From positions 17,298,001-17,362,000 of the forward strand of contig OZ024743.1 of NCBI GenBank assembly GCA_964016885.1: a DNA stretch of 64,000 bases, given 5' to 3'. The translations under genes and the position numbers were made by a program. The notes beneath the pieces were generated by a model that was not told where the DNA came from, did no database searches, and saw only the letters and a list, made by a program, of their open reading frames with translations. The stretch is from Eledone cirrhosa (taxonomy: Eukaryota). Of this stretch, positions 26,335-41,299 are shown one piece after another; position 1 is the stretch's first letter, and the number at the start of each line of letters is the position of its first letter.

Positions 26335-26510
26335 GTACGGTGGATTGGCTGTATCGGTAGTGGGTCTGCTGCCATGCTTTACAGCAAAGAGTTACGGCCC
26401 TTTGCGTTCTAAGTTTAAATCCCGCCGAGGTTAACTTTGCCTTTCATCCTTACGTTTCGGTAAAATAAGGTATAATTGCTGGCCTTGTGCCAAATGTAGA
26501 AACTATTACG
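26335..26510 (+). mobile_element. tRNA-derived SINE (diverged)
   Basis: GGTGGATTGGCTGTATCGGTAG..AAATCCCGCCGAGGTTAACTTTGCCTTTCATCC. Confidence 0.85.
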
Positions 26511-26705
26511 ATTTCGTAAAAAGCTTGATTACCAACTTTTGAAAGATTAGGCAAAATATGAAATGTATGTGGTCATTCATCGCTTGGTTTAAATCTAGTG
26601 AAGCTATCCTGTACAAAGATAGCAAGGTGTAAATATTCTGAAGATCTCAAAGCAAAACAATGTGTTTTAGCAGATTAAAATACTTCAATATATATATATA
26701 TATAT

Positions 26706-26745
<40 letters not shown>

Positions 26746-27177
26746 AAATATATATATACGTTGCTATGCATGTATTTATGTATATATGTATATCCCTATA
26801 TTTATACAAATATATGTGTCAATGGAATGGACGATAAATTATGGTTGCCAACTTACTTTAATTTTAATTAAAATTACACCCTTTGTGATGAAATCAATCA
26901 TTAATATAATGTCTAATATTGAGAAAGCAGAAAGCGTCTGATTGTTCTCATCATAGAAGCAACAAAGGTGTAATTTTAATTAATTATAATCATAGGCTTA
27001 GTATATAACGTATACTAGTCTTCTTTCTGCAATTAATTTCCACACACTATATGACTTTGGGTGCAATTTTCAAAAATATTTTAAAACTCTCTCCATGTCT
27101 CCCTCCCCCCTCTCTCTCTCTTTCTCTATCTCTCTCTATATATATACATATATATATCTTTCTTGCTCTCTCTCAAT

Positions 27178-27242
<65 letters not shown>

Positions 27243-27567
27243 TCTCTCTCTCCCTATCTGCCCTTCTATATATATATGTATATATATAATATATATATGC
27301 CTGTGTCTATGTGTGTGTGTAATTATATATAAATAAGAAAAATATATAAAAGATTTAGTTTTATTATAATTCGAGATTTGTCTGTTTTTATTCAGCCAAA
27401 TATATATATATATATAGAAGTGGTTACACAACAGTTAGTTCACCATACCGAGAAAGGTTCTAGTCCTGTAGAAGTTCTTCTATATTAACACCGTTATACT
27501 CTGCTATGTATTGAGTACATTACTTACTGTGGTTACCTCTGATTCAACCCGGAATAACTTATATGTA

Positions 27568-27680
<113 letters not shown>

Positions 27681-28088
27681 GAAACGAGAGAAATCAATGT
27701 AAGCAAGAATCCAACAGTAATTCAGACATATAAGTGATATTACGACAAGACGAAAAGTATTTAACGTAAGATATGGGAAAACAATTTAATCCCAATTCAA
27801 AACAACTCAAGACCAAAAATTTTATCCACAGATTGTCTGTAATCCGGGGAAAAAAACCAATAGAATCTTAACTCAAAATAAAATTAAGAGTAAATACTTA
27901 TCCGTCAATTTGGAAAACCTACAAATGCACTATATAGTCTTAAAAAGCCTATTTCACTAAACCTTTTAGTGGGGTTAATCATGTTTGGAACCGTTCCTCA
28001 GTGGTGCTCAATATTTTAACTAAGAACCACAGCTAAAATATGCCAGAGGGGAATTTAAACCAGGCTAGACAAACCTCGTGTTGAATTG

Positions 28089-28134
<46 letters not shown>

Positions 28135-29559
28135 CTGAATAAAATAGGCAATTCCCGAATTACAATAAAAAATAACCTTTACATGTTTTAACTTGTATGT
28201 GAAAGAGGAAAAGAAATGTCTTATAAGGTCCTAGTCCATTTTCTCTAAAGTGTTAACAAAGGAGTTTGGAACACAGGAAATAAAAACATAAAAGGTTTAA
28301 TAAGATGTAGTAAGTAGATATGCATGGGGCTCTGGCCTCCCTTTGTGTGAAGGGCATCCGGGACTAACTTTTGCAACCCTTTTGCCTGTATTGTTCAGAT
28401 GCATTATACTTTCGTGCGTGCCGTTTTTTTTAAATTTAGTTTACGTATGGGTCTGCTTGCATTGGGCTGTACGTTAGTGATAGTGTGGATAGTACTGGGT
28501 GTATTATATATTCATGTGTATGATTTTGTGTGTAGACAGTTTGATGATGTCTCCGGCGTTTGATGTTGCGCTTGTGTGTGCTTTAATCTGCGACATGTTA
28601 GTAGAGTCTGTGTGCGCGTTTATGTGTGTGTGAATGTGTGCCTAAGTGAGTATGTGTATGTCTCTGTGTGTGCGTGTTTGCATCCAGTGAGGAGTTGTAT
28701 TTAAAATATGTTATCTTTTTTTTTGGGGGGGGGGGGCACAAACAACAGTCGTATCTTGTTCTTGGACCTTGAGACTCAAAAAATTGGATTAAAATGCATT
28801 TGCAGTCCAGAGTGTTCAGCTCTCTCCAATTTTCATAATATCGTACATCATCTAATTTCTACTAAAAAATGACAAAAAATTAGGTTTTTCTTCGAAGTCG
28901 CATATTTGAAGGAGCCTATTGTTATTCCTAAAAATTTAACGTCTATACAATTGACATCAAAGGTATGGGAGTTGCATCATTCAACATACTCCCCATTTGA
29001 CTTTAACTGAAAAAGGTAAGACGGAAAAACTACTCGCTCTGCATTTTATGCGTGTAAAAATCTGCGCCTACTCTATTCATATCATTCACTCTGTCGCTTT
29101 TCAAATTTGACATGTCTCTTTGGATATCTTGATCCTGTGACATTTGTTGCATCTCTACATTCTTTAGATTGTACAAGGAGCCCTATAACTCATCTCTCTT
29201 GACAAGTCTATATCAACATGTAGATATTACCCCTATATGAAACTGCTTAATTGAAGTGGAAGGCATATGTTTTGCGTAATACAAATGTAGTATCTGAACA
29301 TAAAAATTCCTAGATTATACTCATATCTCACGTCACAGGCTTTCAATGAGGTGACATCACCTGCCTGGTGTTAATCCATCACTATTGGTACCGGAATGTT
29401 CTGATACAATTAATTATCAGATCCTCAATACCTAGTCTTTCTCCACTTGGATTCACTTGCTTCTGCATAGCGCGTTAGCCCCGTTGGTTGCATAGCTACG
29501 GCTTCCTAAAACCGTATTTCTTGAGAAATACGAAATTTATATATATATATATATATATA

Positions 29560-30280
29560 TTGTTATATTTGGGGAGGGTCATATTTGCGTAATATTGCCA
29601 GAATTAATAACTGAACACACTCACTGTTTGGTTGGTTTTCGCTTCTCGCTGTCTTTTATATATATATATCTGCGATCTAACTTACTCGGTCCTCAATGTT
29701 GCCATTGACTGACCGGCGGTCAAAAATAATACAGATACAATATAGACAAACACATATATATAGTTTACATAATTTACATAAATCTTTCGTTGCACATCTG
29801 CAACATCGTCAGTGGTGTTATATTCATTGTTCCTCCTGTTGTGTTGTATGTCTACGCCATTTTTTTGTTCAGTCTGTCTATATATTTATTTATTTATTTG
29901 CTTGTTTGTTTATCTTATTTTATTTTGTCTTCTTTGCGCATGCGTTTGCGTGTGTGTATAGTGTTATGTGTGATGTGTGACTAGTGTGTATAGTGTTGTG
30001 TCTGCTGGGTGACTAGTGTGTGTTTATGTGCTTGTGTATGTATTTATTTATCTTATTTTATTTAATTTTATTTTTATTTACTTATTTATACTTCTCTTAG
30101 GTCAGTGTTGTTTGTTTGGGTGTTGTTGTTGTTCCACTCATTCTTTCTGTTTAGCTTTTGAGTGTGTTCTGTTATTAATTCTGGCAATATTACGCAAATA
30201 TGACCCTCCCCAAATATAACAATATCTGTTTCGACACACGATTTCATATAAAAAACCTCGCAAAACTAATTCATCGCCGC
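29560..30280. repeat. Copy of the 7760 family with an inverted terminal arm
   Basis: 30160-30225 is the reverse complement of 29560-29622; bounded by (TA)n on both sides. Confidence 0.85.
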
Positions 30281-31844
30281 TATATATATATATATATATA
30301 TACAAAAGTTATATTTATATCTCCTCTACATATTGTTTACTCTATCCAAACACCTATAAACTAATTTCTTAAATTATATTCATATATGTTCAGAAATTTA
30401 ATCTAATTCTAATTTTAATATCGTTTACTTCGTAAATATATATAATACATTTCTTAAAACTCTAATTTATTTCTTAAAACCTTTACTTTCTAATATTTCT
30501 ACCTCATAAATATATTTTTACCTTTATCTATCTTACTTCCAAAAATATCTCATAATCCTTTCGGAATGATTACTTGAAACTTTTAAAAATCTCTTTATAA
30601 CTTTTTGAAAATTTTAAAATGTTTTAAACATTTTTTCTTTTATATTTTAGAAAATTATCTAAAAAAAATATTTCTTTTGGTCAACTAATATTTTAATATT
30701 TTTTGGATTTTATATGTTCCAATATTTAAACACTTTTAAATATTTTAATATTTTAAGTGTTTAAGTATTTTCAAATATTTCTGAATACTTCTTTATATTT
30801 TGAATACTTTTAGATGTTAATTATAATTTATGAATAGTTTATAAGCTTTTTAAAAGATGTTTGTGTATCTTGGGAGTCTTTTTGAGATTTCTAAAAAATC
30901 CCTTAAAACTTCTTTATAGTTGTTTATAATCTTAATTGTTATAGTCTTAATTTTTATAGTCTGAAATTTTAAATGGTTTTAATATATACTTTTAATTAAG
31001 TATTTAATCTTTTGTAAACTCTCGTAATTTGTCGTAATCTTTCTATTTTTTCTAACTATTTATTATTTGACTTACAACCGATAATAAATTCTAGCTAAAT
31101 ATATTTTTGTCAAACTTATCCCATAATAACTAATAAATAAACAAAACTGGATTCTCAATATTTTCCCAATGTAAAACTATTATGTATAACATGACATACC
31201 CATCTATACTCATATATTATTATTAAAATACTTTAATATATTGTAAACACATCTTTATTATAATATATTGTATAATTTAATATTATTTTCAATTTATCAA
31301 AAGTTTTCATTTATCATTATTTTTAATATAAATATAGCATAAAAGAACGATACATTTACGATCTACGTACTCATACCTTGATAAGCTTATTTCTTCGCTC
31401 GTTCTTCCTTAACTTTTTTTCACTATAATTTTTCTCTCTTTCTTTCTCCCCTTTTTCCTCTTTCCTCTTTCTTTTTCTTTCTTTTTTTTCTTTTTTCTTC
31501 TCTCTTTTTTTCTTCTCTCTTTCTCTTTCTCTTTCTCTTTTTCCTGTTTTTCTCTCTCTTTTTCCAACAGTATAAATTAAATAAACCGTTGGTTTTTCAA
31601 CTCTTTCTGACATTCATTTGCATACTCATACATAACTTTGAATTACCCTAAATAAATTGTTTCCACTATCCAGAGATCCTTCAACCGCCAAGGTTGTTTT
31701 TCTGCGGGTATATCAACATTTATAAAACAAATTTTGTATTGTATCTGATGAAAGCGCACCAAAATTTGCCTTGGTTGCCCTTGAAATATATATAATAAAA
31801 TGATTATGGTTTTATAAATATAGTTTCCATTTATTAATATATTG

Positions 31845-31917
<73 letters not shown>

Positions 31918-33562
31918 GTAAGTGTGTGCGTGTGTGTGAATGTTTGTATGTGTCTTTCTGTGATTGTGTGTTTGTGTGTGTATGTGTGCTTAATTGACCT
32001 TGATAATGTAAGGATATTATATTAATATCTGCATGTTCATTCATATAATAGTATCCACAAAATTTGATGATGACAAACACCGTAAATTTGTTTAGGATAT
32101 AGATGAAATATTGACTAATTGTTATTATCATTCAAATATATATTATAATATCACCAATCGCCTTTGACTGCATGTTTACTGAATAAAAAATAAAATATGT
32201 CATAACAATCAATATGTTATGAATACGTACACGGAATCGTAGAAGTGAGACATCTTTAAGTGACGAGGGTCAATTAAAGATGTTCACTATTTGCTTTCAA
32301 TGTAGAGGAAAATAGAGGCTTCTGAAAATGTACAGATCCATATAATAAATGTGCACATTCTCTTCGGCATTTACGCTGTCTTTATTAATCTTCTACACGA
32401 TATATCTAAATATATTTCATTCATCATACATGTCGACAGCGTTGTCCACAATTTATTTCATACTAATACGAAATATATACATGTGCACTTTTAACATAAA
32501 AGTTAATACCACCATTTCCCGCACGGTACTACATTCCTTAGTCTATAAAAAGCCATCGGTTCCATATATGTTCGTGCATGTTTTGTTTCATTGATTTCCT
32601 CTGCTGAATTCAAAATAATGGTCGAAACCATGAGAGAATATCCGAGTGTTTTTCAAAGAAATTCTGATTACCATTCTTACCCGTCCATATACTCCGTCAG
32701 TATATTTATATAAACGTCCTTGAGTCTCGTTTAACATGCAGCATGTATGCTTTATTTCTTTTTAAGCTGCAAAGTTCACGACAAAATTGATATATTATTT
32801 CAATTTACATCAGCGATTTCCTTTGTGATTTCATGGAATGAATTGTCCATGTTCCTGTAAAGAGATACTTTTGAGATTGAAGAATATATGTTGTTCTTTA
32901 CATCTTTATTGTGTTATCCCCAACGTATAACGGCAAATATATTACGATATGAAAATGCCTGTGTATTTTTCAGGTAATTATATACATCTAATGTGTGAGA
33001 ATATTTTTCGCTTTATATATACAATTTCTTCTATACATGAAATTGAGGTTAAACAACGAAACACATATCTACTAAATACGTTCAAACCTTTCTCTTATGA
33101 TTAACTGAACAAACTACTTTAACTTCATAAAGAAAATATTTAACAGCCCCTAGTGTAAATCATTTTTAGTTATAACATATTTTTATCCTGAAAGAAACAG
33201 AAAAAACTTATAAACTTGCACGTTCAAAAAAGAAAAAAGCCTATTAAAGCTTATGCACTGATGGACTGTAAGTGCATAATATGCACTTAAAATCTAACTG
33301 CCGTCCTAAAAAGCTCCATATTTTGAATTCTCTCATTAACCTGACATAGTTTTATGGCATGAATTATTGTTATTTTATTCTGTCTATTTCCCGAAGAGTT
33401 ACGCTTGAGATAGCGCACAATAACTGAGATAATTGTTACCTAATACATACCAGTTGCTCTGAAAATGGATGCGATATTCTGGCCGAATTCATGCGTTCAT
33501 AGAGATGTATTAATAAATAATATATTTTTATCCTTGGCTTTCTTAAAATTTGAAAAAATAAA

Positions 33563-33596
<34 letters not shown>

Positions 33597-35039
33597 TATA
33601 TCTTGAAATCCTGCAAACTCAGACGATTCAAAGCACTCAAGCCCCTGTTGGGAGGAGCCCTCCCTTGAAGATCTCCACCACCTTCTGTTTGGTTTTCCTC
33701 ATGTCATGGGTTTTGCCAAACTCACCCATAGTATGTGTGGATATCAATTGTCACTAAGGAGTTAAATCCTGGTGTTGTGATTTTACGTCTCTTTTACTCT
33801 CAACACTAGATTTATTCACCGACCATTTAAGCATTACACTCTTTCTATTGGAAAACGTGTTACCAGTAGCCTGCAGAAGTCTCTCTTGATATAAATTGCT
33901 TTGATATTACGGTTATCTGGTTAAGACTTCTTATAAATAGCCAATGCGGCCAGCGGCTGTTTCTCTCAAGGGTTAGACCCGACATATACAAAAACAATTA
34001 TCTGAATCCATTAGATTCTGAATCCATTCAGAATCAATCGAAAGAACTCCGAGGCTCAGAAAAAGCAACGAACCATCACTTGAAATTGAGGAGAGGTGGC
34101 ATCTTAAATACTTTAACTTAATAGCGTTTAGCGGTGAACTGTGAATGATATAAAACTGAAAAAAATATTTCGATCGGATACCCGGAAAGCTATCCCATAG
34201 AGCGATAAATAAGACATGGGTAACTGGTACAGTCCATGTCGTGAGAAGCGCATTATCAATTCATATAACTTACAAATACTTTTACGATTTGATTCATTCA
34301 ATTATATTATTAATCATATCTCTATTGATTGATGAATGTGTTACTTATATGCGTACGTACCTTATTGTTGTGTACGTGTGCATCATATTGTGTCTATACT
34401 CCCCAGCATATATATTGTATCAAATTAGGCGTTTATTATTTATATGGGACTAACTATTGAACTAAAATCTAATAAAAGAAGTGTGTTACATTTAAAATCT
34501 CTTAGCATTTTATTTATATTGTATACCGTTTGAATACATTGTGATAAGTCTAGTATCATGTTAATTACAACACTTAAACTGCCTAACTCAGAGGTTATAT
34601 AATGGCAATACTAATGAAAGATTTTATTCATTAATTATCGAATTAATTTAGTTTTCTATTTGTCTCGACACCCCGTGTGTGTTTGTTAGACACATTTAAA
34701 CATTTGAAGGTAGCAATTATGTGTAGCCTTCGATTGCAATACTTAATATCACTCGTTTGTTTGATTCTGAGTTCAATTAAATTCTAGAAGTTTGAGTTTG
34801 GAATCTTTGATATTGATTTAATAATTATTTGCGTAGTATAGTATTTACGTTGCGATTAAAACTTAAAGTTCTTGCTTGACCTAGCCCAAGCTCTAGCCGT
34901 TCCATTACGTGGAATTAATATTAATAATAATAATAATGACAATAATAATAATAATATTAATCATAATAAAGGGAAGTAGACGCACATGGTGGATATAGTG
35001 TTATGGAATCGCTCCCGTAAGTTTTTAATTTTTACGTAT

Positions 35040-37515
35040 TTAAAACAAGATGTTGTTTGGACAACCTGAAGGGAAAGAAGGCACCGACTTGATCCCTGAG
35101 GCGGAACAAACTAAGACATTCTGGAGAGGAATATGGGAGAAGGTTTTTAAACTTAATGATCAGGCAGTGTGGATTGAGACAGTACAAAAGGAGTTTAGTG
35201 AACTGGCACACCAACAAACATATTTGAGCATCACACTTGAAACTCTTAAGGGGCAGGGCAGAAAACTAACCAACTGGAAATCAACAGGCCCAGAAGGTGT
35301 GCAGGGGTATTGGATTAAAAATATAACATCCCTCCCCCCGAAACTGACAACCATATTCAATGACTGCTTGATGTCAACTGAGGTACCGGAGTGGTTGACA
35401 AAACGTACCACAGTTCTGGTAATGAAAGACCGAACCAAGGGTCATGATGTTACCAACTATAGACCTATCACATGTCTGTCCGTAATGTGGAAAATGTTAA
35501 CAAGCATTGTGTCTGAGGAAATCTACCATCACCTCCACATAAACAAAACTTGTTACCGGACGAACAGAAATGATGCTGAAAGAAGTCCCGTGGTACAAAG
35601 GACCAGTTACTTAATGATAATATGGTAATGAGGAAGTGCAGGAGGAGGCACACTGGTCTTCCCCCGGGATGGATAGACTACAAAAAGGCATTCGACATGG
35701 TACCTCATTCTTGGATAACCAAAAGCCTAGATCTCCAAGGTGGCAGATAACATCAGACAGTTGTTGAGCAAAAGTATGAAGTCCTGGAAAACAGAGTTAA
35801 CATGGGTCGGAGAATCCTTGGGAGGCGTGAAGATCAAGAGAGGTATCTTCCAGGGAGATTTTGTCCTCTCTGTTGTTTGTCCTTTCACTGATCACCCTGA
35901 CCATTATACTGCGAAAAGTGAGAGCAGGATACAAGTTTGGAAAGGGAGAGCTTACCATCATTCACCTCCTCTACATGGACGATCTTAAGCTCTTCGGGAA
36001 GAGTGAGAAAGAGTTGGGTATGCTTGTTGAAACTGTCCGTATTTTCAGCAATGATATATGTATGCAACTTGGTATTAGTAAGTGTGGAGTCATTGTGATG
36101 AAGAGTGGTAAATTGAGCAGAAGCAACAGAATCCAGGTACCAACAGGTGAGATGATAAAGGAAATTGATACTGAAGAAGGATACAAATATTCAGGTGTTC
36201 TGGAGGCTGATGACATCAAGAACAAACAATTGAAGGAATTGATAAGATCTGAATACATTCGAAGAGTAGGGAGCGTATTAAAGTCACATCTGAACAGTAG
36301 GAATGCCATAAGTGCAGTAAATTCCCGAGCTGTGTCTATTATTAGGAACACTGCGGGAATTCTGAGATGGAATGTTGCTGAACAAACAGAAATGGATAGG
36401 AAGACTAGGAAGCTATTGACTATCTACAAAATGTTCCACAAGAGGAGTGATGTCGTTAGACTCTACTTAAGGAGATTTGAAGGTGGAAGAGGTGTTATCA
36501 GCATAGAGGACTGTATTCAGATGGAGAAAAACAATCTACACACATACATGACTGATATTAAGGAGCCAATGCTCAGAACTGTACTGAAGGAGGGGACAGT
36601 AGGCCAGGGGATGTCCAAAGAGGAAATAACATCAAGGAGGAAGAGCAGCCTTAAGGGAAAATCCCTTCATAGTACCTTCTTTGAGAAAACTGAATTTAGA
36701 GATCCACAGACATGGAACTGGTTGAGAAGAGGAGACCTCAAAAAGGCTACAGAAGGAATGCTAATGGCTGCGCAGGAGCAGGCCCTCAAAACGAAGTGGT
36801 TGAAGCACCATATTTACAATGAGGAGGCTAGCCCACTGTGCAGGATCTGTGGAGAGAGAGAGGAGACTGTGGCTCACATTGTGTCCGAGTGTAAACACCT
36901 AGCCCAGACCCACTATAAGGGCTGGAGACACGATGTGATGGGCAGGGTGATCCACTGGTACCTGTGCAAAGTAAACAATTTACCACACTCTTAGAAATGG
37001 TATGAGCATAGGCCAGAGACGGTGATGGAGAACAATCAGGTGAAGGTGCTGTGGAATTTTAGGATACAGACGGACAAAAAACTGGAACACAATAGACCTG
37101 ACCTGGTGGTTGTGGACAAAGAAAAAAGATCGTGTCTGATCGTGGATGTGGCCTGCCCTTTCGACACGAGAGTGCAAGAGAAGGAGAGGGAGAAAATTAA
37201 CCGATACCAGGACCTAAAGTGGGAGGCGAAAAGGATTTGGAACTGCCATGAAGTCAAAGTGATCCCGATTGTCATAGGCGCACTGGGGACTATCTCCAAA
37301 GGTTTCCAGGGATGGTTAAAGAAAATCGGCCCCGTCACGCTTTTTGGAACGCTTCAAAAGGCATGCTTGCTTGGAACAGCAAGAACCCTCCGATACGTCC
37401 TTAATATCTGAGGCTGCAGGTAGTGGCTTGATATTCATTCCAACGGACTTTCCAGTTAACCAACATCAATGACTGAGATTCAAGGAATAATAACAATAAT
37501 AATAATAATAATAGA
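35040..37515 (+). mobile_element. 5'-truncated R4/Dong-type non-LTR retrotransposon (RT + CCHC + restriction-like endonuclease), disrupted
   Basis: NYRPITCL, IDYKKAFD, RGIFQGD, LYMDD, CRICGEREETVAHIVSEC, RPD..IVDVACP..EKINRY; frameshifts and stops; (AAT)n at both flanks. Confidence 0.93.
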
Positions 37516-37559
37516 TTGATCAGATCAAGCTATTAGCACAAAGTCAGCGAAGGGAAAAT

Positions 37560-37990
37560 GAAACATGTGTCAGTGAAAACGAGGTAAACTGTAACACTTC
37601 GAATCCCAGGGTTGGGGCGGAATCACTGGCAACAGAACAAATTAAAGAAAGGATCGAAAAAGTGGAGGGAGTGCATGCTCAGGATGAAACTCCAAATGAA
37701 AATAATGAGATCGTAAAAGATAAAGAAATGAATGAGAATGAACTTGCCAACTTGAAGGATGAAATTATGATCGAATGGATGAAAATGAAAGAATCTGACA
37801 TGGGGCAACGAGACACCCTCCCTAAGATCCAGAACTCCAAACAGGACCAAAAGATAATACACAAGACTAACATAATTCTCAAAAACATTATCATCACAAA
37901 CAAACTAAACATTACTGATTTAAATCATCTCTATTATGCATCGGCTAAAGTCATCACTCACTTATCTGGAGTGAAGATGAAAAAACAAAG
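37560..37990 (+). pseudogene. Probable N-terminal fragment of a second R4/Dong-type element
   Basis: RDTLPKI...ITDLNHLYYASA resembles the pre-RT region of R4-clade proteins (recalled, not aligned). Confidence 0.55.
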
Positions 37991-38996
37991 CGTACTTTCT
38001 GCCTCAGGTGATGTGGGTTCTGCGCGCCCAGACGCACCCCAGGGCCTTTCAGATTTGAGCCGCCGTGGCTCTCTCCACCCGATGTGACATTTTGCTTACA
38101 GTGCGGTAAACCACCGTCCGTAGCTGCTGGTCCTTGAAAACAATCGGTTGGAGGTTTCAAGGAAACTCTATTGACGTTTCTTGCCACCATGGCCTTTGCG
38201 ACTGCCATCTCCTCTTCTGTGACTAACACCGTTTCGATATTTCGGGCGACACCTGCAAACGAAGTGGTCCCTTTTTCAGCGGCAACACTATTGCTGCCGC
38301 TACTGCACATGCTAGTAGTGCTGAGATCGCTGTTACAGGTATTGATGTCATTGTTGATGTTTTCGTTGGTACTGTTGTTGCTGTTGTTTTTGTTGCTTTC
38401 GTTGATACTGTTGCTGTTGTTACTGTTATTGTGGTTGTTGTTATTATTGTTGTTTTTGTTGATACTGTTCCTACTATTATTGTTGTTGTGGCTGTTGTTA
38501 TTGTCATTGTTATTGTCGTTCTAGACCTTACTGCTGTTATTATTGTTGTTGCTGTTGTTATTGATGTTGTTGTTGTTGGTGTTATTCTTGGTGTTGTTTG
38601 TGTTAGAAATGTTTGGTAATTTTAAATCTGTAACATTATCATTAAAAATGATATCGTTCCGCTTTTCCTTTTATTTTAATTTATATTTCCCTTCGCTTGA
38701 ACGCTGTCTCGTTGATATGTTGACAAAGTCTCTCTCTGTGTTGTCTGACAGCGCTCTCTCTCTTTTTTGCGTTATCCATGTTGAAAGAAATGTTTTACAA
38801 ATAATATTTTTACAAAATACGACACCCCGTAAAGGGGTGCCGTATTATTTACGAGTGAACCCCTGTATTAGGTGGGTTACTTCTTCTAAACTTTTATCAA
38901 GTTTAAAACTTGAATAAAACGTTCAGAACGGTTGAAAACGAAGTAAACTTGAAAAAAAAAATTGGAAGCGATAAGAAGCGTGGCTTCACCTCAATG
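37990..38996 (-). mobile_element. Putative 5' end (UTR + Asn-rich ORF1 start) of a LINE
   Basis: Minus frame has a poly-Asn tract then SFAGVA..; starts next to (ATT)n; an AATAAA-bearing 3'-end-like piece lies at 39012-39140. Confidence 0.35.
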
Positions 38997-39974
38997 ATAA
39001 TAATAATAATGATTTCTTTATTAACCACAAGGGTTTACATGAAGTAGACATTAAGGACAGTGCAGGACAATACCAATGCACACTGTGAATTTACTTGCCC
39101 TAGGTGCCAGGAAGACACTCGGCATATATCTCAGAAACAATAATAAAATAAAATAAAAATAACAATAATAATAATAATAATGAAATAATCTTTACTTTAA
39201 AATACACATAGCACCTCGAATTACAAATTGCTCTCTTATTCATTATCAAAGGCGTTCAGATGAAATGCTGTTTTGTCGCTTGTACATTAATGTATAAATA
39301 TCATTTTCAACTTGTGAATATATATGCTAACAGGATGAAAGAATATGATAAAGTGATAAAGGAATATGATAAAATGATTAAAAAATCCAAACAAAAAGCA
39401 ATATGAATCAAATGGAAACGCCAACAATATATACAATGTGAAATATATTTCTAAAGCAATACAACCTTAATACTACCTCAGGAAAGTGCAACTCGAATGT
39501 CATTGCGTATCCACATCAGTAAATTGTGTTGACTAGGATATATTACATGATAAATGCATTACTTTATATTCTGTCAGAGGTACATATTGTTACCTCTCCT
39601 GTTTATTATTTTCATGGACAATACTGACACGCTATGGTCGATTGGAAGTGATATCACGACTGACATGTGTAAGATTATTCAGACTGATTTTACAGACGAT
39701 ATCGTGTTACTTAACGTGACAGAACTTGTTTCGGACTTGCACTTCATTGGTTTGATGCCGTGTACTTCATGGTTGGAGTGAAAATCCGTGGTACGAAAAC
39801 TGACATTACTCCTTACAAGGAAAGCCACACAGTGCACTGGACATGTGGAACATTCTTTGTTTTATGCAAAATTAATTTCCGTTTAGAAATATTTTCTGAA
39901 AATCATAAAAAAAATATGTATGTGAATAATAATTATGCTTTATTGTGTGTCAGAATGGAGATAATCTTTGTAGC

Positions 39975-40848
39975 TTTTATTATTAGCATATAGTTACGTC
40001 CCTTTATGATCTGAGTTCAAATCCCGCCGAGGTTAACTTTGCCTTTCATCCTTACGGGGTCGATAAAATAAAGTACCAGTAATGCTCTGGGTATTTGCTG
40101 GCTTTGTGCCTAAAGTAGAAACAATTATTGCAATATGTGGGCGGTGAATTGGAAGTATTGGTGGAGGGTTGGATTATGCTTTCTAGCTTAGTTACCTCCC
40201 TTTACGATCTGAGTTCAATTCCCGCCGAGGTTAACTTTGCCTTTCATCCTTACGGGGTCGATAAAATAAAGTACCAGTAATGTACTGGGATAAATGCTGG
40301 CCTTGTGCCAAAAATTAGAAACAATTATTGCAATATGTGTTCTGTTTACAATGTGTGAAATACATTTGTCTCAGCTAACATTTTTCTAATGTATATCAAT
40401 CCCAGTTGATTTTAAAATATAAATCAATTTATTGAAAGTTTTGTTTTTGTTATTCTGGAAAACTGAAACCACTTGCATTGTGGCTTTGCTATGTTTTGGA
40501 ATTGGTGGTATTATTGCTAGGGTGGTGAGTTCAAATCCCGCCGAGGTTGACTTTGCCTTTCATCCTTACGGGGTCGATAAAATAAAGTACCAGTAATGTA
40601 CTGGATAATTGCTGGCCCTGTGCCAAAAGTAGAAACAATTATTGCTAGGGTGGTGGATTGGCAGTATCGGTAGAAGGTCGGGCGCCGTGCTTTGAAGCAT
40701 ATAGTTACCTCCCTTTATGACCTGAGTTCAAATCCCGCCGAGGTTAACTTTGCCTTTCATCCTTACGGGGTCGATAAAATAAAGTACCAGTAATGCACTG
40801 GGATAATTGATGGCCTTGTGCCAAAAGTAGAAATAATTATTGCTAGAT
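39975..40848 (+). mobile_element. Cluster of four tRNA-derived SINE copies in head-to-tail pairs
   Basis: GAGTTCAAATCCCGCCGAGGTTAACTTTGCCTTTCATCCTTACGGGGTCGATAAAAT at ~40013, ~40211, ~40527 and ~40724. Confidence 0.92.
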
Positions 40849-41299
40849 CTATTTGTGATTTCTATATCATCATAACTTAAATAGCAAACAGCTAATAGCT
40901 TTACAAAATGAACATTCTGGTTCCTGGTTCAATAGCACTGAATAGCAATTCTTTTTCATCTATATAAATGTTTTTGTAATACGTTTAAAAAAAGACACAT
41001 TACCATTATTGATATTTATTATGACAAATGAAAAAAAATCATTATTATTTTCATTATTGTTATGAAATTGATATCTCAATCATTGATATAATTTAACCTA
41101 AAATGATATCCTAATGAATATGCAGCCTCAGAAATTTAGTAGTCAGAAGAAATGGCCACCTTCGGAACTGTTACAGATCAGATAATCAGCACGACAAGGT
41201 TGCCAGAGCTCCTCCTTCTTTATTTGCTGATTCTCAAGCCATTACTCCATGAGCTGTAGCTAGTACTGTATCCAGGACGTATTGTGTTATGGAAGGGCT

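Noticed and set aside
33820-33920. LQKSLL..ILR resembling an RLE LINE C-terminus
   Set aside because: Too short and degenerate to call
38171-38917. Leu/Val-rich ORFs resembling membrane proteins
   Set aside because: They derive from (GTT)n low-complexity sequence, antisense to the poly-Asn frame
39975-40848. Regularly recurring repeats suggestive of a CRISPR array or tRNA genes
   Set aside because: Units are 120-200-bp SINEs without unique spacers or a full cloverleaf, in a eukaryotic context
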